Source: a virus
DNA length: 64,000 bases
Direction: 5' to 3' (one strand)
Virus record (IMG/VR): IMGVR_UViG_3300005747_000263
Span: 10,012-74,011 of that record
The notes beneath the pieces were generated by a model. It searched no databases and was not told the DNA's origin. It saw only the letters and a program-made list of their open reading frames with translations. How positions within the stretch are numbered: the stretch's first letter is position 1; each line of letters starts with the position of its first letter. Shown here piece after piece: positions 1 through 8,201 of the stretch. A program made the translations under genes and the position numbers.

Positions 1-16
1 TGAACCATATAATTAC

Positions 17-400
17 CTATACATTTGTTTTCTTAAGAGTTTTATTATTGAATGGAATAGTGTGAACGTCGCCATCTCCCCAAGAAATCATTACTGGTAT
101 AATTTCATTGGTCACTTGTTGTTGATACGGTACAACGGGGCCGTAAACATACCTATTATATTTCACGTTGCCGCCCATTAGTGAAATACTTTGAATCCAA
201 CCGATGCTTTCGCCATACTTAACTTCGCCCAGTTTATTATGAGTGAATGCTTCAGTATTAAAGTGTAATGGTACATTACTGGAGATATTCTTTAATAGAT
301 TGACTTTATCGTCTTTATGGTATTCGTGTAAATCGGCGAAGTATGTTTCTTCTTGAATGCGATTACTAATCAGGCGTGTTAATTCACTTTTTGTATACAA
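17..400 (-). CDS. hypothetical protein
   Basis: 127-aa ORF with GGAGG upstream, co-oriented with neighbours. Confidence 0.6.
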   Translation of the reverse strand: MYTKSELTRLISNRIQEETYFADLHEYHKDDKVNLLKNISSNVPLHFNTEAFTHNKLGEVKYGESIGWIQSISLMGGNVKYNRYVYGPVVPYQQQVTNEIIPVMISWGDGDVHTIPFNNKTLKKTNV

Positions 401-525
401 ATTATTTATCCTCCAACGTATTAAACGGGCATACTGCGATTTGAACGCAGGTGAATCGCTTAGAAGGCGATACGGATATCCGAACTACCTCATATGCCCA
501 AAAAGAGAGAAAAAGGTAGTATTGA

Positions 526-684
526 TTATCCTTTATAATCTTTACCGCAGACGGTACAACTTACTTGACCAACGCCCACGTTCATAACGCGATTACCGGA
601 CCCATAAGTTTTATCTTGGAATTCGTTTTTGCAAGTGCAAGTTTGAACAATTGTTCCGCCTCCACTAATTTTCTTAGTTGCCAT
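526..684 (-). CDS. small Zn-ribbon protein (CTC...CTVC)
   Basis: Likely start MATKK at 684 after GGAAG; two Cys pairs; pyrimidine tract downstream (~500-517). Confidence 0.6.
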   Translation of the reverse strand: MATKKISGGGTIVQTCTCKNEFQDKTYGSGNRVMNVGVGQVSCTVCGKDYKG

Positions 685-814
685 GTTATTCTTCCTTAAT
701 TGATTCTCGCAGCCCATTCATGGCTGCAATAGGAATGTCGAGGCCATACTTTTGTTCTAACTTCTCCATTCCCATTAGTAATTTAAATTCTTCTTCATTA
801 CTCATGTATATCAC

Positions 815-1012
815 TTAAAAGTTTTTATCGTAATACGTTTCAACGAGTACCATTACTTTATCGAGTTGAGGTTCACTCAAGAGTTTAATTACATCGGGGA
901 ATAATTCCCGATGCATATCGTTCATACCGTGTACATTGTAGCCGAAATCTACTGATTCGGTAATGATTGAAATCTTTTCTTCTCTTGATAAGTCGGGTGT
1001 TAGATTATCCAT
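815..1012 (-). CDS. hypothetical protein
   Basis: 65-aa ORF with GGAG upstream, in a packed minus-strand operon. Confidence 0.55.
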   Translation of the reverse strand: MDNLTPDLSREEKISIITESVDFGYNVHGMNDMHRELFPDVIKLLSEPQLDKVMVLVETYYDKNF

Positions 1013-1106
1013 GCACCAACTCCTTTATATACTAAGATTCCAAGGAATGTTGCTACAATTACTTTTAACAGGAATACCATTGATTGACCGATAATTTCTT
1101 GTTTAT

Positions 1107-1283
1107 TCATGGAAGATACCTGCTATTCTTAATAATTGATACGGATGCAATTATACCGATAGCACTAATTACTGCAACTCCAAACTGTTCCGTTACGATA
1201 TTTAATACTAAAAGTGTGGTATTGGCAATTAAAGATACTACACCAAGAGTTAGTAGACCGAAAGTTATTCCTTTTTTATTCAT
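1107..1283 (-). CDS. small membrane protein (58 aa, not in ORF track)
   Basis: Translated by hand: MNKKGITFGLLTLGVVSLIANTTLLVLNIVTEQFGVAVISAIGIIASVSIIKNSRYLP; ATGA overlap with upstream ORF; two hydrophobic segments. Confidence 0.55.
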   Translation of the reverse strand: MNKKGITFGLLTLGVVSLIANTTLLVLNIVTEQFGVAVISAIGIIASVSIIKNSRYLP

Positions 1284-1699
1284 TTAACTAGTCTCCTCCA
1301 GAATGATTTCTTTTCACTAATTGGTGGTAGGTCTTCTTTACACTCGTCTAGTGTTGTATTGATACTATACTGTGTCCAGAATTCATCAACGAATTTTAAC
1401 ATTATTAAGAAATTGCCGGTGGAAAGTTTTGCTCGCCGTTGGCCATCAAACGTTGAGAAATAAGGAGTACTATACCAAGTTTCGGGATATAATCCTTGCA
1501 TATAAAGGTGTTCATCCATGTAGTAATCATATCCCTTATCGAATAATATACCACACTTAGTGACAAGATAATCTTCACCAATGTCGGGCGTAAAACCTAA
1601 GACTTGTTCTACTTCTTTAGCAATTTCTTTGGCTTCGGTTAATTTACCTTCATTAATTTTATCGTGGACAAGTTTAATTGCTTCTTCGCAGGTTGTCAT
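1280..1699 (-). CDS. hypothetical protein
   Basis: 139-aa ORF, ATGA-coupled to neighbours. Confidence 0.6.
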   Translation of the reverse strand: MTTCEEAIKLVHDKINEGKLTEAKEIAKEVEQVLGFTPDIGEDYLVTKCGILFDKGYDYYMDEHLYMQGLYPETWYSTPYFSTFDGQRRAKLSTGNFLIMLKFVDEFWTQYSINTTLDECKEDLPPISEKKSFWRRLVK

Positions 1700-2064
1700 T
1701 CGACATACTCCTTAATAATTCCCATACTCTTTGCTTGCTTTACTGCGTCGAGGAGGAACTTTGTACCTACTATTGGGATACAAATTGGATTATAACCTGG
1801 GGTACAGAATTGTAATAAAGTTCCAGCCGTGCATTGTTTAACTAACGCTTCCCCATAATAAGTTCCGTCGTTATCCCAAGGTCCGGGTTCAACAACTGGA
1901 GTGAGAATTACTCTAACATCGTTTGGGCAATAATCGGCGCAAACTTCACTTACTAAGTCATTACCCATGTAGTCGTCATGTACAAGTACTAATTGACCCC
2001 TCTTAGGTGAACCGCTCCGGTGTGTATACTTTTTACCGTTGATTTCGATAATATCTTCTGTCAT
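1696..2064 (-). CDS. hypothetical protein
   Basis: 122-aa ORF, coupled stop/start overlaps. Confidence 0.6.
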   Translation of the reverse strand: MTEDIIEINGKKYTHRSGSPKRGQLVLVHDDYMGNDLVSEVCADYCPNDVRVILTPVVEPGPWDNDGTYYGEALVKQCTAGTLLQFCTPGYNPICIPIVGTKFLLDAVKQAKSMGIIKEYVE

Positions 2065-2432
2065 TAAATTAACTCCTTGATTCTCTTAAATAATTCACCC
2101 CAAGAACTCAAGTTCTTGTATTGTACGACGTTTGCGTCATCTTTTAATTCATCGCAATCATCAAAGAGTAAATCATATCGCACTTGTCGCTTAGAATACA
2201 TATTCTGTGCTTCAGGACTACTCAATACACTAATATTGTGTAATCGGTGTGCCTTAAGATTGTAATGAATACTTCTTAGATTAGTAATGGGTCGAGCAGT
2301 TAAAATAAAACAACTTACTTCTGGTGTATCATTTAATACTCTTAGCGCTTGTAATGCCCCATGCGTCCATTTAAACTCTGTGACGGAGTTATCTCTACAA
2401 GTATCATCCCAATCTATTGCAACTCTAATCAT
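2064..2432 (-). CDS. HAD-superfamily phosphatase/nucleotidase-like protein
   Basis: Motif I VAIDWDDT, motif II ILTAR, motif IV LLFDD. Confidence 0.7.
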   Translation of the reverse strand: MIRVAIDWDDTCRDNSVTEFKWTHGALQALRVLNDTPEVSCFILTARPITNLRSIHYNLKAHRLHNISVLSSPEAQNMYSKRQVRYDLLFDDCDELKDDANVVQYKNLSSWGELFKRIKELI

Positions 2433-2452
2433 ATTAAACTCTCAACTACTAG

Positions 2453-2534
2453 TGCCGGAAGTAGGATTCGAACCTACGAACCACTAAGGACAGGTTCTTA
2501 AGACCCGCGTCGTTGGCCACTTGACTATTCCGGC
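2453..2534 (-). tRNA. trnL: tRNA-Leu (anticodon UAA), no encoded CCA
   Basis: GCCGGAA/TTCCGGC acceptor stem, CGGGT-CTTAAGA-ACCTG anticodon arm, long variable arm, GTAGG-TTCGAAT-CCTAC T arm. Confidence 0.93.
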
Positions 2535-2642
2535 GAGTGGGTTAATTATTCCTCGTAATGAATACACTCTAACTGACATTCATCAGTAATAGTTCGCTTC
2601 CAGTACTCATAATAAGTGCGCTTGAAAAAACTCTTAATAAAG

Positions 2643-2876
2643 TTAATCATAGATAATTCCTGCAATGATTCCATTGCTAACAATTACTTTTCCGTAATTG
2701 CTGTCTGGAGTTGAAATGCAAATATATTGTCCATCGGGGATTCCAATCGGCGCAAGTTTACCAACTTTATAGTAATTACAATAGCAAACAATATACCCAT
2801 CAAAGTTCGTGTATGAATCATACCATTTAGTTTGCCAACTATATCCATCGTGCTCAATAGTGTCGTATAATCCCAT
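2643..2876 (-). CDS. hypothetical protein
   Basis: 77-aa ORF, TAATG-coupled. Confidence 0.55.
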   Translation of the reverse strand: MGLYDTIEHDGYSWQTKWYDSYTNFDGYIVCYCNYYKVGKLAPIGIPDGQYICISTPDSNYGKVIVSNGIIAGIIYD

Positions 2877-3106
2877 TAGTCATCCCATCCGGGCATAATC
2901 ATGTTAATCTCTGATGCAGCAATGCTAATAAGTTTAACTGCGCCGTCCTTACGTCGGTGCCTTACTTGCACCGGGCCATAATTCTTACCATCCATGGCGC
3001 AATTTACTTCATACTCATGGAACTCGCTTGACATATTCTCAGTAATATTGAGCATAGTCAGTCGTCCAATAGTAGTATAATTGATTCGAATATCGGCGTA
3101 CAACAT
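2876..3106 (-). CDS. hypothetical protein
   Basis: 76-aa ORF in operon. Confidence 0.55.
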   Translation of the reverse strand: MLYADIRINYTTIGRLTMLNITENMSSEFHEYEVNCAMDGKNYGPVQVRHRRKDGAVKLISIAASEINMIMPGWDD

Positions 3107-3107
3107 T

Positions 3108-3335
3108 TTACTTCACTTTCTTGTACGGATTAAAATAGCACCAAGTGTGAGTATTAAGTAAAGTTCTTAATGTTTCAATGCAGTCGTCCTTATCTTTATC
3201 GGTAGGACTAACTGCTCCACTAATTAACCAACTCTTGGTTAAGGATGAAATTAAGTGATAGGCGCGGCGTTGCCAAAAGCGAAACTTATACCCGCACCAT
3301 AAACAATGAGTATGTTTGGGCAATTCAATTTGCAT
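3108..3335 (-). CDS. hypothetical protein, possible Zn-binding (CLWC...HTWC)
   Basis: 75-aa ORF in operon. Confidence 0.5.
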   Translation of the reverse strand: MQIELPKHTHCLWCGYKFRFWQRRAYHLISSLTKSWLISGAVSPTDKDKDDCIETLRTLLNTHTWCYFNPYKKVK

Positions 3336-3422
3336 ATCTTAATCTTCCTCATCGCCTGTGATGAAAGGGATAATGTCAATGACTGGTACTTTATTCATAA
3401 TAAGTATACTCCTGATAATAAT

Positions 3423-3495
3423 TGGGGGCGTAGGGATTCCAACCCTAACTTAATTACAAGCGAAGTGCTATACCAAGCCGCGTTTGGTGGCCCCC
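3423..3495 (-). ncRNA. degenerate tRNA-like element (Thr/UGU-like loop)
   Basis: 73 nt; GGGGGC/GCCCCC-A acceptor-like stem, TAGGG-TTGGAAT-CCCTA T-like arm, GGTATAGCA and CTTGTAA resembling D-arm 3' side and anticodon loop; imperfect anticodon stem, almost no variable loop. Confidence 0.6.
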
Positions 3496-3499
3496 GTAA

Positions 3500-4030
3500 G
3501 GAAATGAAAATAGAGTTTTCTCTCAACTATTGTTATAGCGCTGTTGAGAATATAGGATTACTCTATAAACCTAAGTCAAATAATATACGTTGCATCTTCC
3601 CGATGCTAACTATACTGCATTTTGTGTACCATGTTAATAGTTTAATACCCTTTAACAATATAACGCTTTGCTATCTTTGGTAAAAAGATGCCACTCTTAA
3701 TACTTTATACTCGGTAGCCCCCGAGTCTCAAACACACTTAAATAGTGTGTGGAGAGTGAATAATTGGCGCAAGCGGCTAACTTGACTTAGGCTGATAACA
3801 AAGCGCCTAACTTTGTGTCCGTATCTCAATTAAATAACCCTAGCCAGGACTTTTAAATTTAATCAGACCAATCATTTCATTATATACTCTTTTATGAGCA
3901 ATTATCATCTCACTTAAAGAGTATAATACTTAACACGGTTTGACTCAATGTTAAGCAGAAAAGTGCCCCGACTCTAATCCAGTAATGGCGGTCGAGGACT
4001 TGGGTTTTTATTCGTAATACTTCACAGTAT
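3500..4030 (-). ncRNA. putative large structured ncRNA (B)
   Basis: No minus-strand ORF of 60 aa or more; about nine consecutive hairpins, with G-U pairs favouring the minus strand. Confidence 0.55.
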
Positions 4031-4037
4031 TCTTCTT

Positions 4038-4493
4038 TTAACTGTCGCGGACAGATTGAAGGGCACCCATGTATTCTTGGAACGAATCCATAGAATCAAA
4101 AGTGTCACCTCCGCTCATAAAGCCGAAAACTTCGCCCTTGACATCAATAGTCGCACCGGGCGTTCCATCGGCTTTAAGATACAATTCCGCCGGTAGGGGA
4201 ATTCCATCTTCCGTTGTTTCTTGACGCAATCGACGAATACTTACTTCCGTGTATTCACCTTTCGTTGGGTGCATGACCTGAGTCTTTTGCACCAAACGAA
4301 TGTGGTCGTTTCCGCGAATAAGGCGTTCGGAGAGAACATTACGTTCAATCTTTTGCCGTCCACGGGCTTTCTTTTCCAGATTAACCGCTTGGAATTTACT
4401 ATTATGAATAAATCCCAGAACGGTTCCGCTGGAATCACGGACGATAACATTGTTATCATCAATGATTGCGCCTTCGGGTAGGTTAGAAACCAT
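4038..4493 (-). CDS. hypothetical protein, possibly PC4-like single-stranded nucleic-acid-binding
   Basis: GGAGG RBS; beta-rich HIRLVQK...YTEVSIRRL...GFMSGG.TF then amphipathic C-terminal helix; fold call is pattern-based only. Confidence 0.6.
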   Translation of the reverse strand: MVSNLPEGAIIDDNNVIVRDSSGTVLGFIHNSKFQAVNLEKKARGRQKIERNVLSERLIRGNDHIRLVQKTQVMHPTKGEYTEVSIRRLRQETTEDGIPLPAELYLKADGTPGATIDVKGEVFGFMSGGDTFDSMDSFQEYMGALQSVRDS

Positions 4494-4499
4494 TTTAAT

Positions 4500-5365
4500 C
4501 CTCCATTATCCTTAATAAGAATACTCATGCCGTTAAATACCAAAACAACAACAAACCATGAACATCTACAAACAATACCTTTCCAGGTGACATGAGTAAA
4601 CTTATTAAGTAGGATAGAGGACATAAAGAGAACGATAAGTAGAAACTTACCGTTTAATCCCTTTATGCACGGATGAAGTCAGAGCAAAGACTGTTATTCT
4701 TAAACCCCATACGCCGGGTTTATCCGCTTACCTAAAGGTCCTTTTAATTAGGTAAGAAACGTTTTCAATTTTTATTCACTTAAAGCGCTACTCCTCGCTT
4801 GGTTATAATTAACAAGCAGAACTTTTAGTAAGCAAACGCCAATTTACTTTATTTCTTACCCTCATTAGTGTTATGTAAGGGGAATACATCCCTGCGGCCA
4901 AACTAACGGTACTTATTTACCTTATCGCCGTTGCGTATTTTACGCCTCTAAAATTATCTTCTTACTATACTGAAACATAAAATCCATAAAATGGTTAAGA
5001 TTTCGTAATCACTTTTATATTCCCGACAAGAGAGAATGTCACTTATCACGGAGGCGAATGTATCATTTTTATAGTCCACTACTTAAATGTAATGGACATA
5101 TGTGGCTGTCGATGCACACAATAAAACAAATACCGTACCTTAAGGTATAGTCCAGCAAGGCTGTCCAGATACTTGAATTACATATCGCGTGGCTTACACG
5201 CCTTAACCGAAATACACGGGAAGGGCGACACCTATCCCAAAAATGAACCCCGAGGGATGCATAAATGAAATAGTTATCGCGCCGCCCATCCCGCATATCG
5301 CAGATAAGACGCCACAAGACACCCTATTGGCCGGGATGCCGAAAGGTATATGAACCCCTACGTTA
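4500..5365 (-). ncRNA. putative large structured ncRNA (A)
   Basis: ORF-poor; nested long-range helices (4511-4531 with 4589-4609; 4621-4668; 4751-4760 with 4851-4860), GGAA tetraloop, many G-U pairs; TATA-like element upstream. Confidence 0.6.
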
Positions 5366-5368
5366 GGG

Positions 5369-5400
5369 TTATATAGGGGGCCGGGAACCTACATAAGGGT
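5369..5400 (-). promoter_or_regulatory. archaeal TATA-like promoter candidate for the ncRNA region
   Basis: Minus strand AACCCTTATGTA (5390-5401) and TATATAA (5369-5375); similar to AACCTTTATAC upstream of the 6918 gene. Confidence 0.45.
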
Positions 5401-5760
5401 TGCGCCACTAAATACCTTAACTCGGCCGCCATACATACAAGTAATACGCACTCAGTATCTATACAGTATAATCATAACACCATAATGATACCCTTAAACG
5501 CAACTCATGCTCACTTAAAGAGTAATTACTTCTACTCGGTACGAGTAAAGTAAGTATAATAAATCGAGGATGTAAAGTAAATACAATAAATTTTAGATTG
5601 TAAAGTAAATAACTTAAATGAATACTAATAAAAAAAGACACTCCCCGTATAATTATTCATGTTAGGTAAAGTGGGTAGAGGAGTAATTACCTTAGACTTT
5701 AGTCACAGGGAGTAATTACTATTGTTGGGATGAGGGTTTTTGGGTTAAACACCGAAAACC

Positions 5761-5870
5761 TCAGAATCGCTTTCTAAGGCACTTTCTTTACCCAAAAGGT
5801 AAGGATATACCACTATGTGCGGTAAAGTGTCTAAAAAGGCCGTTTCTGGGCTTCTGAGAGCATTTTAGAG
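5761..5870. repeat. phased ~100-bp element, copy A
   Basis: CAGAATCGCTTTCTAAGGC left arm with ~10.5-bp periodic right arm; related copies at 7851, 27522, 47311. Confidence 0.55.
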
Positions 5871-5907
5871 TAAGGGGGATAAGGTAAGATTGCACTAATG
5901 CGCTGTT

Positions 5908-6918
5908 TTAGTCCTTTTTGGCCGCGATTTGAACGTATTTTTGGACCGGAGCCTTCTTGGAAAGAAGTTTAGTCAAGTCTGTCTTAGGCAGACTAACACT
6001 TTCTCCTTCGGGAAGGTTTCCAATTGTTGGAATACGTCCATCAGCAGTCTTGAACACTTTACTGTTCTTCCGAGGACCATAAACATCATAACTCATGCGG
6101 TTGAAAAGAGACTTAACCTCTTTCTTGGCAAGATGACTAACAGCCTTACTGTTGTAATCATCTTCTTCAATGTGCTTAATCATATTATCAATGACCAAGC
6201 CATTAAAGACAGGTAGATTCGTTTGGACCCCGTTAATAACAGCATTACAGTACCGGAGTTTATTGGCATAATTCAAGAAGTCTGCCTTATCCATGTCTTT
6301 CAAGTTGGCAGGGAAATAACCATCTTTAATGGCTTTCTCCATTGTAAGTCCCAAAACATGATGGGCCACCAAGTCAAGAATCTTAGACACGAAGTAAGGC
6401 GAATAGTGACTTACACCGAGTCCGGCACCGTAAAGTTCTTTGTTCCCTGGAGCGTCTGTAAGAGAAGAAGCCCAGGTCACGCCGTGAATCGTATTAAAAC
6501 GAACGTTGGCGTGTAAATCGCGCTTAGCGACACGGACATTGGACTTAACAGACTTATAGCCGGTTTCATCCTTAAACTTAGACAAGAAGCGCTTCTTAGC
6601 GACATAATCGCTAACAGTCTCGATGACCATGTTTTTCTTATCCATGACACCCGCCTTGATTTCTTCAATAACTTTCAGGTTTTGAGCCATCAAGTAAGAA
6701 GCACAAAGGACCACAGCGTTTTCATACAACCTTTTCAGCGAGGCCGCACTTTGTTGCAGTTTTCCGGCGCTGGTGATTTTAATCTTAGGTTTGGATTGCT
6801 CCACCCAAAGATTAACATCTTTTTCGTGCGCCTTGTTCAGTTCAGCAAAAATGCGAGCATCGCGTGTGTTTTTGACATTAACCTTGTCGGTAATGTTCTT
6901 AAGTTTGTCGTTTTGCAT
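5908..6918 (-). CDS. Lys-rich hypothetical protein (336 aa)
   Basis: Long ORF with GGAG RBS and its own TATA-like element at 7037-7044; no recognised motif. Confidence 0.8.
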   Translation of the reverse strand: MQNDKLKNITDKVNVKNTRDARIFAELNKAHEKDVNLWVEQSKPKIKITSAGKLQQSAASLKRLYENAVVLCASYLMAQNLKVIEEIKAGVMDKKNMVIETVSDYVAKKRFLSKFKDETGYKSVKSNVRVAKRDLHANVRFNTIHGVTWASSLTDAPGNKELYGAGLGVSHYSPYFVSKILDLVAHHVLGLTMEKAIKDGYFPANLKDMDKADFLNYANKLRYCNAVINGVQTNLPVFNGLVIDNMIKHIEEDDYNSKAVSHLAKKEVKSLFNRMSYDVYGPRKNSKVFKTADGRIPTIGNLPEGESVSLPKTDLTKLLSKKAPVQKYVQIAAKKD

Positions 6919-7199
6919 AATCTAATCTCCTTATTTTTGGTAGAGATTTGAATTAAACTATACGGGGAGCGTATCAATCATAAGCACCTATTCGCGCCCA
7001 AAATGCGTTATTGTGCTTATGGTGGGGGAGGGTAAGGTATAAAGGTTAAGGTTGGGCCATCGCGTAAAGCGGAATACCTGCGGCGCGTCCTGCGCTTATT
7101 CGTCTTAATATGGAGTATACCTTGCAACTAGATAAGGCTGTCGATGTCTAATCCGCTTACCCAGAATCGCCGCCGATAACCCGAATAACCCAATTTCGC

Positions 7200-7840
7200 G
7201 GCCCATATGAGTAATTACTCCTGGTATATACTAATATAATACTATACACATACAGTATACACTAACATAATTACTCCCGTGTCCGTATACTAATCAATAT
7301 AATACTATACAATAAGTAATTATACATAATCAAAGTATACCTGTAATATATATAATTATACATAAGAAATAATTAACTTTGATTGGGGTAATTATACGCG
7401 AATCGACAGGTATAATTGACTTTTGAGGTAAATTTAGCACCACAAAGACATACTTATGTCCACCCCCCAAGACAATTACTCCTTACCCCCCAAGGTAATT
7501 TCTCCTTATCTGTCCCTCCAATCCAAGATAATTTATTCTTACTCGGAGTAAAGTTTAAAAAACTTTACGACTCGCAAAGATTTTTAATCTTTGCTCGATA
7601 CGAGTTAGGAGTAATTACCTTTGCTCGGCGACTCTATTGTATTAATAATAAATTTTGGGGCAAGAGTAATTACCTTTGCTCGGCAGGGTGTATTTAAGAT
7701 AAATAAGCGCTACTCGGCAGGAGGGTATTTAATTTAAATAATGAATCCCCAAGCAAAAGTAATTACCTTACCCCCCTAAGGGGGCAGGAAGTTTTATGAT
7801 TAAATGACCGAATTGGTCGGTCAGGAGGAATTACCTTTGG
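7200..7840. repeat. AT-rich region with many GTAATTAC boxes and a 21-bp direct repeat
   Basis: GAGTAATTACCTTTGCTCGGC at 7609-7629 and 7664-7684; further TAATTA(C) boxes near 7210, 7268, 7316, 7387, 7759. Confidence 0.75.
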
Positions 7841-7850
7841 TTCAGACGGT

Positions 7851-7945
7851 CAGAATCGCCGTCTAAGCCACTTCGAGCCTTCAACCCTCCACGGGATAGC
7901 CACCGTGCCGTCGAAGGCCACACGAGGCGCTTTAGGGCCTTTACG
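7851..7945. repeat. phased ~100-bp element, copy B
   Basis: CAGAATCGCCGTCTAAGCC left arm matches copy A. Confidence 0.5.
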
Positions 7946-8201
7946 TTGTACTCGCCCCGCAAGAGTTAATCGAAATACTCTCTACTCGCCGGGGATAAGG
8001 TATTTATAATATATCGGGCGGATTTTTTAAAAAAAATAAATTTAAAATTTATTATAAAAAAAATAAATTTTCACATCGTAAGTAAAATAAATAAATCCTG
8101 ATACCAAAAAAATTTAACCAATAAAATTTATTGGTTAAGAATAATAGATAGGGGGTCGGCCATGGGATCCCATGGGGAAAAGAAGAAGGGGGAAAATGGG
8201 C

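Noticed and set aside
3306-3683. 125-aa plus-strand ORF (also 4241-4624, 5069-5317, 5459-5641, 7416-7697)
   Set aside because: No clear RBS, atypical composition, and they overlap the tRNA-like element, structured RNA or repeat fields
5142-5153. AAGGTATAGTCC on plus resembles the group I intron J8/7-P7 element
   Set aside because: No GAGACUA-like P7 partner at a suitable distance, no interrupted host gene, and wobble polarity favours the minus strand
7609-7684. 21-bp repeat, 34-bp spacer, 21-bp repeat as a mini-CRISPR
   Set aside because: Only two copies; flanking variants are irregularly spaced; the repeat belongs to the dispersed GTAATTAC family
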